Part shown: positions 1 to 28,309 of the stretch, one piece after another
Layout: the number at the start of each line of letters is the position of its first letter
How positions within the stretch are numbered: the stretch's first letter is position 1
Assembly: GCF_009914755.1 (NCBI RefSeq)
Contig: NC_060941.1
DNA: 64,000 nt
Reading direction: 5' to 3' (one strand)
DNA from: the human T2T-CHM13v2.0 reference genome, Homo sapiens
The notes under the pieces: model-generated
What the model was told of the DNA's origin: nothing
Database searches by the model: none
What the model saw: only the letters and a program-made list of their open reading frames with translations
Translations under genes and position numbers: made by a program

Positions 1-1985
1 TATTTAGTGGCCTTATATAGTCTGTCATGGAGAATGTTCTATGTGTTGATAAGAATGTATAACCAGCCTGGCAACATAGCAAGTCCCCATCTCTGTAAAG
101 AAAATTCGCAGAATGTATATTCTGTAGTTGTTGGATAGAATGTTCTATACGTGCCTGTTAGGTCTGTTGGGTCTGAAGTCCAGTTTAAATCCAATGTTTC
201 ATTGTTGATTTTCTGTCTGAATGATCTGTTTAATGCTGAGAGTGGGGAGTTGAAGCCCCCTACTGTTACTGTATTTCAGTTTATCTCTCCCTTTAGATCT
301 ACTAATATTCGCTTTATGAATCTGGATGATCCAGTGTTGGATGCATATGTATTTAGAATTGTTACATTCTCTTGCTGGATTGACTCCTTTATCATTACAT
401 AGTGACTTTTTTTTTTTTTTTAACTGTTTTTGTTTTGTTTCATTTTGTTTATTTTTACAGATAAGGTCTCACTGTGTCACCTGGGCTGAAGTGCAGAGGT
501 GTGATTGTAGCTCACTGCCACCTTGAACTCCTAAGCTGAAGCAGTCCTTCCACCACAGCCTCCTGAGTAGCTGGGAGTACAGGTGTGCACCACCATGCCT
601 GGCTAACTTTTAAAAAATACTGTAGAGATGAGGGTTTCTCTGTGTTGCCCAAGCTGGTCTTGAACTCCTGACTTAAAGTGGTTCTCCCACCTTAGCCTCC
701 CAAAACACTGGGATTACAGGTGTGGCCACCATGCCAAGCCAAAATCTGTTTTATCTGATATCAGTATAGCTAGTGTTGCTCACATTTAGTTTCTATTTGG
801 ATGGAGTATCTTTTTTCCATCCCTTTACTTTGAGCCTATGTATGTCTGTAGGCAAAGTGCATTTCTTGTAGCCATCATACTTGGATCATGTTTCTTTTAT
901 ACATTCAGCCAGTCCCTCTCTTTTAAGCAGATAATTTAATCAATTTACATTTAAGGTTATTATTGATGTGTGAGATTTTGTTACTGTCATATAATTTGTT
1001 TTCTGTTTGTTTTGCATATTCTTTGTTCCTTTCTCTTCCTTATTTGTGTGTTTGGTTTACCAGTGAGTTTTATATTTTTGTGCGTTTTCATGATAGGGTA
1101 TGTGTTATTCTTTTGCTTTCATGTTTAGGACTCCTTTGAGCATCTCTTGTAGGCCTAGTCTAGTGGTGATGAATTCCCCCAGCTTTTGTTATCTTGGAAA
1201 GACTTTATTTCTCCTTCATTCATGAAGGATAATTTTGCTGGATATAGTATCCTTGGGTGACAGGTTTTTTTGTTTTTTTTTTTTTAAATTTTAGCACTTG
1301 CAATATGTCATTCAATTCTCTCCAGGCCTGTAGCTTTCTGCTGAGAAATCCGCTGTTGGCTTGATGGGAGCTCCTTTATAGGTGACTAAATGCTTTCACT
1401 TGCTACACCTTAATATTTTCTCTTTTGCTTGGCTATAGTTTGACTATAAAGTGCCGTGGAGGAAGACCTTTTTGCATTATATTTGGGGATTTTTGGACCT
1501 CTTATTTGTGAAAGTCTAGGTCTTTCTCTTGCTAGACTTGGGAAGTTTTCATCTAACATTTTGTTAAATAGGTTTTCTAACCCTTTCATTCTATCTTCAT
1601 CCTTATGGATACCAGCATTTCAAATATTTGGTCACTTTTTGTTGTCCCAAATGCCACAAAGGCTTTGCTCATTCTTTTTCATCCTTTTTTCTTTATTTTT
1701 GCCTGACTGGATTATTTCAAAAGAACTGTCTTCAAGTTCTGAGATTCTTCCTTCTGCTTGATCTTATCTATTGTTGCTTTTGAATATATTTTGCATTTTA
1801 TTCATATAATTCTTCTGTTCTAGAATTTCTGTTTTGTTCTTTTTAAAAATACTTATCTCTTTTGTAAATGTCTCAGTTATATCCTGAATTGTTTTTCTGA
1901 TTTTTCTGTATTGTTTTTCAGAACTCTCTTGTATCTCATTGAGCTTCTTTAAAATCAGTATTTTGAATTATTTCTCTGGGATTTT
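1..1985 (-). mobile_element. Old L1M/L1MA element, ORF1 to ORF2-endonuclease region (left part)
   Basis: Diverged similarity to the L1 EN and ORF1 regions seen at 5400-6600. Interrupted by an AluJ (407-740) and by the L1PA+Alu insertion; resumes at 8422. Confidence 0.8.
407..740 (-). mobile_element. AluJ
   Basis: Diverged dimeric Alu with T-rich tail at left. Confidence 0.85.
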
Positions 1986-1990
1986 ATGAA

Positions 1991-8422
<6,432 letters not shown>

Positions 8423-8564
8423 TGAATCTTTTTTTATTGGACTCTGTTGCTGGAAAATTATTGTTTTCCTTTGGAGCTTTCTTATTTCCTTGCTTTTTCA
8501 TGTGTCCAGTGTCTTTACATTGATATCTGTGCATCTGGTTAAATGGTCGAGTTGCTTCTTCCAA

Positions 8565-8868
8565 TTTATTTATTTATTTATTTACATTCTTTAGAGACGG
8601 GGTCTCACTCTGTTGCCCAGGCTGGAGTTCAGTGGCGTGATCATGGCTCACTGCAGCTTTGACCTTTTGGGCTCAAGGGATCCTCCTACCTCAGCCTTCT
8701 GAGTAGCTGGAATGACAGGCATGTGCCACAGTACCTGGCTAGTTTTAAATATTTTGTAGGAACAGGATCTCACTATGTTGCCCAGCCTGGTCTCAAATTA
8801 CTGGCCTCAAGCAATCCTGTCTCAGCCTTCCAAAGTGCTGAGATGAGAGGTGTCAGACACCGTGCCCA
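8565..8868 (-). mobile_element. AluJ
   Basis: Dimeric Alu with (TTTA)n tail. Confidence 0.85.
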
Positions 8869-8983
8869 TCATCTGTGGGTAGGGTGCTTTGACTTTGATT
8901 TTAGGTGCATATATTAGTGTGAGCACTGTATGATTTCTTTGGTTGTAAACAATATGAGTGGTATCTGTGATTTCCTTGGTAGC

Positions 8984-9430
8984 TGTGATGGTTAATACTG
9001 AGTGTCAACTTGATTGGATTGAAGGATGTGAAGTATTGATCAAGGATGTGTCTGGGAGGGTGTTGCCAAAGGAGATTAACATTTGAGTCAGTGGGCTTGG
9101 AAAGGCAGACCCACCCTTAATCTGGATGGACACCATCTAATTAGCTGCTAGCATAGCTAGAATATAAAGCAGGCAGAAATACGTGAAAAGGCTAGACTGG
9201 CCTAACCTCCCAGCCTACATCATTTTCCCATGCTGGATGCTTCCTGCTGTCGAACATCGGACTCCAGGTTCTTCAGTTTTGGGACTCAGACTGGCTCTCC
9301 TTTCTTCTCACCTTGCAGACAGCCTATTGTGGGACCTTGTGATCCTGTGAGTTAACACTTAGTAAACTCCCCTTTTTTATATATCTATCTATCTCCTATT
9401 CTGTTCCTCTAGAGAACCCTGACTAATATG
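8984..9430 (+). mobile_element. MLT2A1/A2 solo LTR (HERV-L)
   Basis: Starts TGTGATGGTTAATACTGAGTGTCAACTTGATTGGATTGAAGG, ends CTAGAGAACCCTGACTAATATG; 5-bp TSD GTAGC at 8979-8983 and 9431-9435. Confidence 0.9.
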
Positions 9431-10523
9431 GTAGCTTTGAGTGCAGTTATTAGTGGAGGCTGTGGTGAAATTTTGCTGGGCAGTAGGACACCAAGTGGGT
9501 CATTCTTTGTGTTCCAGTGGTGGCAGTAATAGGCTGATTGTGCTTGTCTTTCTGCTCCAGGATGGCTTGCACTGGCACCAGTGTCAGCGGGCCTAGGTGG
9601 TCTGATTCTTGGGCCTCCAGATAGCTTGTTTAGCAGTGGTGGGCCAGGCATGTGGGCAGCTTCTCAGGCCCCTGGACAGCTGGTATGAGTGGCAATAGCA
9701 GGGGTGGAGCAATGCACTGGAACCCAAGTGATTTATGCTGGTGTTGGCTGTGACAAGTTAGGCAGGTCTGTCCTTTGACTTGATGGTGGTACATAGTGGT
9801 GGGTGCCAGCTCTGGTGGTATTGGCAGGTTGTGTTGGCCCAACTGGAGACCCCAGGAGGAGTGGTCAGGTGCCAGTGGTGATGTACTGATCTGGGTGATT
9901 TCCAAGTCCGTGGATGACATGCTCAGTTACTGTGGGGACTAGACTGGCTGGATGAGTAGACTTGTCCTTGGGCCCCTTGGTAGTGCATTCAGGTGATGTC
10001 TGTGATAGGCAGGGGCAGGATGGTCCCTAGCCCACTGGTGGAATGCTCAGGTGTTGGCAGTGGTGTCTTTGCTGCAGTCCTGCCACTGAGGAGAGTGAGG
10101 CCACTCTTAGTGGGAGCAGTGTAGGGAGGTAGCTGTGGGATGTGTGGTTTTCTTGTGCTCTGGTCATACAACAGCCTGCAGTAGCGGAGGTGGGCTTTGT
10201 CTTTGAAGCACATGGAAGTGCCTGGCCTCATTTCTCTCCTTGGCCTGGTGCTGGAGGCAGCATTAGACCTAACCCTAGCCCCACCTCCAGCCCCAGGGGA
10301 GTTCAAAGACCTTTGGAGGCTGGCTGTGGGCCTGCCGTGGGGAAGGGGGAGGGCCCCCCTCAGTAGGAGCAGCTAGGCAGGTGGTTGTGGGGAATGCAGT
10401 TTGCTTGTGCTGTTGGTCCACAGCAGCCTGCAGCAGTGGCAGTGGGATTTGTCCTTGGCGTGTGTGAAGGTGCCCTGCCTCCTGTCTCTCTCCTTGGCCC
10501 AGTGGCCTCAGGGAAGAACATAG

Positions 10524-11881
<1,358 letters not shown>

Positions 11882-12330
11882 CCCAAACTGAAATTTGTAT
11901 TTGAAAGCTCACCTTACTTAGATCTCATGGTCTCCCAGTATATGGTTTTTACATTACAACTGAGAAACGCTTTTACCACATCACATGATGTAAAAAGTAG
12001 CTTCGTTTCTATTTTTTTTTCATTTTTAAGGTCTAAAATAGCTTCAATTATTTCAGTGTCATTATTATATTTGGGTTGTCTAGACTAAGGGTGAAATGCA
12101 ATGGAAATTGCCGGTATGGAGACCAATACGTAGAAAAGCCGTTCTCCTACATTACTACATTTTAATTTTAAGTTGTCAGGATAAAGTATGTTGCAAAGAC
12201 AGCAATAGTCTACTTAAATTTCCTTTACCTTAAATCAAATCAAACTTTTAAAAGAAACGTTGGTTCCCTTTCACAAAACTTGGAATAAACTATTAAAAGT
12301 GCATCAAAAGGATTAGTGACGGGTATCTTT

Positions 12331-13339
12331 TTTTTTTAATTATACTTTAAATTCTAGGGTATATGTGCACAACGTGCAGGTTTGTTACATATGTATACAT
12401 GTGCCATGTTGGTGTGCTGCACCCATTAACTCGTCATTTACATTAGGTATATCTCCTAATGCTATCCCTCCCCTGTCCCCCTATCCCACGACAGGCCCCA
12501 GTGTGTGATGGTCCCCCACCCTGTGTCCAAGTGTTCTCATTGTTCAGTTCCCAACTATGAGTGAGAACATGCAGTGTTTGGTTTTCTGTCCTTGTGATGA
12601 TAGTTTGCTCAGAATGATGGTTTCCAGCTTCATCCATGTCCCTACAAAGGACATGAGCTCATCCTTTTTTATGGCTGCATAGTATTCCATGGTATATATG
12701 TGCCACGTTTTCTTAATCCAGTCTATCATTGATGGACATTTGGGTTGGTTCCAAGTCTTTGCTCTTGTGAATAGTGCCGCAATAAACATACGTGTGCATG
12801 TGTCTTTATAGCAGCATGATTTATAATCCTTTGGGTATATACCCAGTAATGGGATGGCTGGGTCAAATGCTATTTCTAGTTCTAGATCCTTGAGGAATCG
12901 CCACACTGTCTTCCACAATGGTTGAACTAGTTTATGCTTCCACCAACAGTGTAAAAGTGTTCCTATTTCTCCACATCCTCTCCAGCACCTGTTGTTTCCT
13001 GACTTTTTAATGATCGCCATTCTAACTGGTGTGAGATGGTATCTCATTGTGGTTTTGATTTGCATTTCTCTGATGGCCAGTGATGATGAGCATTTTTTCA
13101 CGTGTCTGTTGGCTGCATAAATGTCTTCTTTTGAGAAGGGTCTGTTCATATCCTTTGCCCACTTTTTGATGGGGTTGTTTGATTTTTTCTTGAAAATTTG
13201 TTTAAGTTCTTTGTAGATTCTGGATATTAGCCCTTTGTCAGATGGGTAGATTGCAAATATTTTCTCCCATTCTGTAGGTTGCCTGTTGACTCTGATGGTA
13301 GTTTCTTTTGCTTTGCAGAAGCCAATTAGATCCCATTTG
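12331..13339 (-). mobile_element. 5'-truncated L1PA (L1PA4/5-like), about 1 kb
   Basis: ORF2 C-terminal 201-aa frame 12544-13149, 3'UTR and tail; 16-bp TSD agtgacggRtatcttt at 12315-12330 and 13340-13355. Confidence 0.95.
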
Positions 13340-13370
13340 AGTGACGGATATCTTTAAAAAGGCTTAACAT

Positions 13371-14830
<1,460 letters not shown>

Positions 14831-15443
14831 ACAAACCGTATTAAAATATTTTCTTTCCTTCCTCTGCATGGATTTTAGCTCACTTGATGTCGTTTCACAA
14901 CTCACTGATGCTCTGATCACTTTTGAAGTCTTTCCCTCCCCTCTTGTTCCAGTAGTTTCTATTGGTGCCTCTTCATGTTTCTTCATGTTTTTTTTCTGCA
15001 GTATCTAATGTTGTTAACCCATCCAGTGTATTTTTTTCTCTCAGACACTGCATTTTTCACTTACAATTTGCGTGTACATGTGCATGTGTGTGTGCAGAGA
15101 CAGAGATCTTCCATGTGCCTGGAGACATGTTCACTTTCCTCTCCTTGAATAAATGGAATATGTTTATCATAGGAATTTTAATGTGGTTATCTAATTTGAT
15201 TCTGTTGATTGATTTTTCTCCTTATTATGGGTTGTATCTATTCCTGCTTCTTTGCATGACTTAAAATTTTTGTTTGGATGCCACACATTTTGAATTTTGT
15301 GTTGCTCAGGACTATTTTGTATTCCTTTAAATATTTTTGGTTTTGTCCTGGGACACAGTTAAACTACTTGGCAATAATTTTATTCTTTCAATACTTTCTC
15401 TTACTCTTTGTTAGGTATTCCTAGAATAGCCATTAGTCTAGAG

Positions 15444-15580
15444 CAGGGGTCTGTAGACATTTTCTTAAGAGAGCTAGATAGTATTTTAGGCTTGTGGGCC
15501 ATCTGTCCTGACTATTCCACTATTCATCTCTGCCCTATTGGGCAAAAGCAGCCATTGACAATACTCAAATGAATGAGTGG
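15444..15580. mobile_element. MER58A (hAT-Charlie) fragment
   Basis: caggggtc...gatagtattttaggcttgtgggccat...aaagcagccattgacaatac resembles MER58A. Confidence 0.7.
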
Positions 15581-17211
15581 TAAGTTGGGGCATTCACAGG
15601 GCTCACATCAATTGTTTCCCTTGTCTCAAGGATCACTGTCCTGGGCTGCGTGTTGTTGGATGTCTGAAACTGTTTTTTATATATTTTATCTGTTTCTTAA
15701 GTTTTCCTGGCAGGAGGGTAAATCTGATCTGCTGCAGAGGTTCAGCATTTTGCCTTAGTTCCTTGTTTTGGATGACTTAAGAGTGCTTAGGATAGCGCTT
15801 GGCATGTAGTAAAAGTCCTATGTGAGTTTTTATAAATAAAGAAAAAAATAAATTTCAAATTGAATTTCATTTGTAAGACAGTTTAAAAATTTTAATGTAT
15901 CTTTGGAGAAGTTAAGTTTCAAACACTTTGAAAGATGCAGGCATTATAGAGAAATTTCTGGAGGTATCATAGCATTAATTGTGGGGTTTTTTTTCTCTCG
16001 GGTGCTAGATGCAGTAGCAAAAGAAAGTGATAAAAACACCAAGGGATTCCTTTATTTCTTTTGATCTCATGAATAGGTAAAGGAGTCTTAAACTTTCCTT
16101 CTCCTCTTAACTATCAACAAGGGACTACTATGATTCTTGCCTTTCAGAGTCTGGCATCATTTTTTTCTTTCCCCATGATGCTTTTAGTCTTAACAACAAG
16201 AAGTGTGGGCCTCCATGTTATCATTTAAACTATCTTTTTGGCATCTACTGTTTAGTTTAACCTAGTTTTCACTGAATTTTTTTCTCTTGTTGTTGTTACT
16301 GTACTTTGCAGTTTTTATGTATATATAGGTTTACCTTGGGAATATTTCAGAATTTCTTTTTTTTTTCATTTGTAGAACATGGAAATAATCTAATTTGAGG
16401 CCAAGTGAATTTATGTAAATTTATAGTTAGCAGTAACAACCAGACACACTAATAAAAACCTTCTAATATTAAAAGAAGGAAAACAAAAACCGTGTGTGCA
16501 AAGGAATGATCCGCACAAATTATAGGATACTGACTACCTGGCAGTGGGTAGTAGGGTTTGGGATGTATGAGTCTATATAAGTAAATGAAAGTTTTTGGCA
16601 GTGTTTTACTTCTTATGGATGAGGGGGTCATAGGTGTTTATTATTAAAGTATAAAGAAGAGGTCCATGCATTCATTGAGAAGAAATGAACCAAGAATTAT
16701 GAATGGTCTAATTCTTTGTACTCAGTGCTCAAAGTGGAGAGGAGAAAGATGCAAATGAGAGAAACAGAACATGCAGTCTTTATTGGATTGGAAATAAAAA
16801 ATTAGAATTGTGAATTAGAGATTAAAAGCAAAGTTTTGAGTGAAGAATTTAAAGAGAGACTTATTTCCCTCTGTATGGGAAATACATACAGTATTTTGCC
16901 CTGAGAAATTTTCTTTGTATAAAGTCGTGCTTCACAGTTTGTTAATGTTTTAAATTCATCATAACAGTATTGACTCAGTTTTGTACTTTTAAAGTAATCT
17001 GTGTGTGTGTGTATAGATGTATATGTATACTCTCTAATCAGAATGACTCCATATATAGAGCTAATATCAGCTGTTGGTATTTTATTCATATTTTTGAAAA
17101 TGCCAGTATAATATCTCACATTAGTTGTTTAACCTTTATACATTAATATTAGTTTTCCAAATGTAACTAATGTCCTTCTTTAACCTATCTTATAACAATA
17201 TAAGAACAAAT

Positions 17212-18431
<1,220 letters not shown>

Positions 18432-19849
18432 TCACAGGTTATTTCTCATTCTCACCCTCTCTCCATGTGGCATTCACTTTTCAATCTCCATCTCTCTCTT
18501 CATTCCCCCACTCTCTGAAATACCTACTCCAACTCCAGAAACTTTCTGACAGGGCCCCCTCGGAAGTCATTATCCATCATCTGCAAAATCCCCTATGTCC
18601 TCATCCTCTTTTTGGAATGTTACTTCCTTTCTCTTTGTTGCTGCCTTTCTTTCTTAGTTACTACCTTTCAGTTTTTGGAGATTAGATTTTTATCTCATAG
18701 TTTTCTTTAGTACCACTCCTTTCACAATTCCTAAAAATGAACATATTTTTATGTGTTCATTTGAAATCCGTATGTCTTCTTTGGTGAAATGTCCCTTATG
18801 TCTTTTGCTAATTACTGTTGAGTTTAGATAGTTCTTTACATACTCTGGATACAAGTCATTTGTTGGATATATGATTTTCAAGTATTTTCATTTCATCCAT
18901 GGCTTATCCTTTCATCCTTTCAGTTTGGATGAAGTCCAATTATCTTTTTTTTTTTATTTTATCAGTTGTGCCTTTCATGTCATATCTGAGAACTTAGTAA
19001 ATCTGTAACACTATGGTCTTTAGCGTCTCTTGTCTAGAATTTGTGATTTTCCTGTTTATATCTCTCTGCCCTTCTCAAACTCATTTCATCTCCTCTGAAC
19101 AGAATATATTTTTAGTTAATTTTATAAGAGATTATTAAAATAGGTTCTATTATATGGAATTCATTCATATGCTTGTTTCAATTTGTGGTGCAGCAAAATT
19201 TTAAATTAATAAAATTATTTTCTGTAATTGAATAAATCCTTATTTTCAAATGAGAATAGAGATAAGACTATTCCCTCAGGAATGATTTGCCACAAAGTAG
19301 TGGAAATCCATGCACACATTATTAACTTTGATGGTCTTTTTAAATTCTCATTTGTTAGATATTGTCATTCCTGGGAAATTGGTGCTTACTGAGCAAGCAG
19401 TTTGTGTTACTCAGCAAGACTTATTTTCCTACAGTCTATAAATCTTTAAAGGAACTAGACAGATTCCCAAAATTTAGAAGTGGATGTATTTGATATCTGA
19501 GTGGCATAAGTGGCTTTAAATCTCTTTATAAGATGATACATCTACCATGTAAAAAGATCAGCCCTAGTGTTTGACCCTGTAGTAGTATTCTTTTGGTTGA
19601 GTGTTTTATTCATGTGTGTTGGGCATATGCTATAAGTAGCATATGATTTTGTGGGATGATAAAAGTATAGTTTGTATACATATTAACACATTTTTATAGT
19701 AAAATTTCCTTGTGTCTGAAGTATTTTTTCTAGGCAGATATTTGAATAAACATCTAAACAATCTTTTTTTGCAGTACACTTTGGGTTAATATGGCATTAG
19801 TGTTCTTAATTTGTCTTAATGCAGCCTTGCTTCTAACCACATTGTATTA

Positions 19850-20583
<734 letters not shown>

Positions 20584-20766
20584 TGAGTTTTTCTAAATCA
20601 TGCAAGAATGGTATGATTCTGTTTGAGAAATATTCTTGGTGCTATTTGATATATAGACCTTTGAAAAACAGGAGATAAGGCTCTGATATGATCACTGGAG
20701 CTTGGTGTCTATTGCAATATTTTTGGGAAAATATTCAAATATCTAAAAAACTTTACTATTTTTAAT

Positions 20767-22395
<1,629 letters not shown>

Positions 22396-23320
22396 TCATC
22401 CTAGACTGCCTTATACTTACTCAGATCACATTTCTTCTTATTGTTTTTGTCTTATTTCCATGTTTTTTCCTCTACCCCTTAAAACAAATTTTAAAAGACA
22501 TTTTTATAAAAATGAATTTTACAATTATGTGTATTTCTTTACCTATTTTTCATAATTCCATTTTTTCCTACGTTAGTTAATAACAGTTGCTATGTGCTTC
22601 TAGACCTATTTCTAGGTGTGAATTTCATTTTATTCTGCTGGAGACTTACCAAGCTTTCTGGTTCTTTCTTTTATAATTCTGGAAAATTCTCTGTCATTTA
22701 TCTCTTTGAATATCATGTTTTAAATTCTTCCTGTCTTCTGTCATTGTCCTCACCATCCTCCACCTAGAAATTCAGCACACCAGATGAACAACTGAGCTAG
22801 AAATCAGATTAACTTTCACAAAAGCAAAAGAAACCTATACCTGCTACATAGCCATTTTACCTTGAAGACTGAAAATTAAGGATGACCACATATGAGGAGT
22901 CCAGTTATTACTGAGGAGATATGACTTTAAAAACTACTTTTGTTTATCTGTTGCATTCTTTCAAATAGCTTGCAGCACAGTGTGAGACCTAATAATGGTT
23001 GCTTAATAATTGCCTGCTGTATTGAGTTTATAAAGATTTTATGTTATTTTACCAACTTTTAAACATCACTTTAAGAATTCCTTCATTTTATCTTAGTTTA
23101 TGATAACAGCCACTATTTTTTGAGGACTTAGTATGCTTGAGGTAGGTAGCATCTCCAGTTTGCAGATGTGGCAGTTGACCTTCAGAATGTAGATTACAAA
23201 CCAATTAATTATGAAAGCCAGTTTGGAAATCCATGCCTATCTGATTTAAAATTCCATGCCCTTTCTATTTTCTATGTTACTTCTGTTCAGATCAAATGTT
23301 GTGACCAGAAAACATGTTAG

Positions 23321-23660
<340 letters not shown>

Positions 23661-23774
23661 AGTCTTTAGAAATTCTAAATTAAGGCTTACTCTGTCATGC
23701 CAATTAAATTTGGGGCCCCAAATGCATGCATACGTATATTTACATATTTGTGTACATAAATATAGGTCTTTCTA

Positions 23775-24420
<646 letters not shown>

Positions 24421-25021
24421 ACATCTATTTTAAGCATCTTAACATTTTTCATAATACAGTATTCCTCATAATAGCTACATAACAGTTTTCCCATCATTAA
24501 CTTCTTATTTGCCTTTTTTTCCTGGGCATATTTGTTCTAAATGAAATGTACTCCACCTCACAGTTATATACAGAGTTTCCACATTAGTATAAACTATGAG
24601 ATAATGCTACAGGTTTGATTTGAGACTCTTTTTGTTTGTTTCTCATGTTGTAATATTCTCTTTGACTTCTCTGGAGTTCTTTATGGGCAGCTGTAGTGAA
24701 CAATGAGAATTGGCCACATAAAGTTTCCTTAAATATGGGAAGGTAAATGAGATGTGGCTGGCCAAACATAGAAATGAAGTATAATATAAAGCAGCACTCC
24801 ATTGTAGAACTGCTGCCAGGAAAGTATCTAAACATCTGGAATATGGTCAGAATTCTATATTAAATAATGCAGTCCAAGCATGTACTGTATCTAAGTTAAA
24901 AAACTCTTATATTGAAGATGTTAGGCATCTTATCTAAAGGAGTGCAGCATTTATACTTTGGGAATACGCAGGAAAGAAAGGGTCTATATGTAAAATTACC
25001 AAATTGAAAAAAAAAAGGTGA

Positions 25022-26231
<1,210 letters not shown>

Positions 26232-26549
26232 AGTAGTTTCCCTTTTGAAAGTCTGTTTCATATGAACAGAAGTACTCGTACATTACCAGAATAGAGTATT
26301 TTTACCAGGATGTTTATAGTCAGACAGCCTGAATGTACATCAGTAGGAATGGTCAAATAAATTGTTACAGCCATATTATGCAATATTATGAAGCGATTAA
26401 ATACTGAGTTAGGTGTATATTTGTTGACCTGAAGGAATTTACATGAAGTATTGAGTGAGAATAATAAGATACAGAGCAATGTGTACACTGTGATCCCATT
26501 TTGTAAAACAGTTATCTAAAAAATAAAAAATCTCTGCTGTATTTAACAG

Positions 26550-26886
26550 CAGTCAGCTCTCAGTATCTGTAGTTTCCACATCTGTGGATTCAACCAACTA
26601 TGGATCAAAGATACTTAGAGAAAAAGTTGTGTCTGAACTAAGCATGTACAGACTTTCCCCCTTTTCATTATTGCCTATACAATACAGTGTAATAACCATT
26701 TACATAGCATTCACCTTGTATTAGATATTATAAATAACCTAGAGATGATTTAAAGTACACAGGAGGATGTGCATAGGTTGTATACAAGTATGATGCAATT
26801 TTATGCCAGAGACTTGAGCATCTGCAGATTTTGGTATCTGAGGGAGGTCCTGGAACCAATCCCGCACAGATACCAAGAGACAACTG
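26550..26886. mobile_element. MER2 (TcMar-Tigger) DNA transposon
   Basis: cagtc...gtggattcaaccaac...gagggaggtcctggaaccaatccc...gatacc...caactg matches MER2 termini and body. Confidence 0.85.
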
Positions 26887-27004
26887 TTTATGTTTTATTC
26901 AGGATTGAATTACCACGGATAAAATTATGTCAGTAATTTCAGGGTATTAATATTGTTTACTTGGACATATTGGTAGAATGTGAGAATATATATAGTATGA
27001 GGGA

Positions 27005-27075
27005 GCCCGGATAGTTCAGTTGGTAGAGCATCAGACTTAATCAGAGGGTCCAGGGTTCAAGTCCCTGTTTGGGTG
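27005..27075 (+). tRNA. tRNA-Lys(TTT)-derived gene/pseudogene with a 2-nt anticodon-loop deletion and apparent anticodon TTA (ochre-suppressor-like)
   Basis: GCCCGGATAGTTCAGTTGGTAGAGCATCAGACTTAATCAGAGGGTCCAGGGTTCAAGTCCCTGTTTGGGTG aligns to tRNA-Lys-TTT with CTTTTAA changed to CTTAA. B box GTTCAAGTC intact; T stem perfect; TTTT at 27087-27090. Confidence 0.9.
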
Positions 27076-27147
27076 TGTCCTTCGGCTTTTAGCACCTAAT
27101 TCTGATTCCACCTTTGAAAAAGAAAGAAAGAAAAAAAGTATTGTTTT

Positions 27148-27296
27148 AGCTGGGCATGGTGGTGCACATCTGTAGTCCCAGATACTCAGGAGGCTAAGGT
27201 AGGAGGATCGCTTGAGCCTGGGAGGTTGAGGCTACAGTGAGCCAAGATTGTGCCTCTGCACTCCAGCCTAAGTGACAGAGCAAGACTCTATCTCAA
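27148..27296 (+). mobile_element. Alu right monomer (FRAM/AluJ)
   Basis: Single right-arm Alu sequence. Confidence 0.8.
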
Positions 27297-27320
27297 CATT
27301 CCCCACTGCCTGCAAATGTG

Positions 27321-27352
<32 letters not shown>

Positions 27353-28309
27353 CAGTGGAAATCTGAAGTATAAAATCTATGTATATTACTATAAATATGT
27401 AAACATTTTAGTATGCTTATTGGCAAGACTCATGAACGTTAATTGACTTTGGTATGGGAGCCTGCATGATTGTGCCCATGTTTGCAGTTCAGCAATTGAA
27501 ATGAAAAAGAGATCAGTTGTTCCAAGTGCTTATTCTGAGGTTACTTGTTTTTCAGTTAACATTTCTCTGGAAAGACCAGACTACAAATGGTAAAAGCTCT
27601 ATGTTTTATTATCGACAATCCCTTTTAAAGTTGAAGTAATTAACATTTGGAGTGAATTGGATTACTTTTTATTCTAATGTGTGTGTTTTCCAACTTTTTA
27701 TTTTCAAAAAGTTCAAGCCTTCATAAAGGTAGAAAGCATAGGATAATAAACACCTACATATCCTTCACCTAAACTGATTATTAATATTTTGTTTTATTTT
27801 GGATAAAAAGGAACAAAAGCTCACCTTTTTTTCTCACTACCCTAATCAGCCACTGTTAATGTCATGCAAACAGTTTATATTATTTGCCACTAAACATATT
27901 TCTTATTTGCTTAAATTTTTTAAATGAAAGCATAATTTATGGTAGATAAATACACAGAATTATGTGTTGTAGTTTGAGTTTTGACAAATGTGTATACAGT
28001 TGTAATCTATACCCCTGTAAAGATAGCATTTCTGTCACCTCAGGAAGTTCTCACATGTACTTTCCCAGTCACCCTCATCTCTACCAGTAGCTTCTACTGC
28101 TCTGTTTTCTTTTGTTTCAGAGAGTTTTCCCTGCTTTTGATGTTGTTGCATACATCAATATATCTTTCCTTTTTATTGCTAAGTATATTTCATTATATGA
28201 ATATAACAAGTTATCAGTTTTTCTGCTGATGGAATTTGGGTTGGATATTGCTTTGAGTTATTATGAGTAAAGCTGTTATGAACATTCTCATGCAAGTCTT
28301 TTTGCATCA

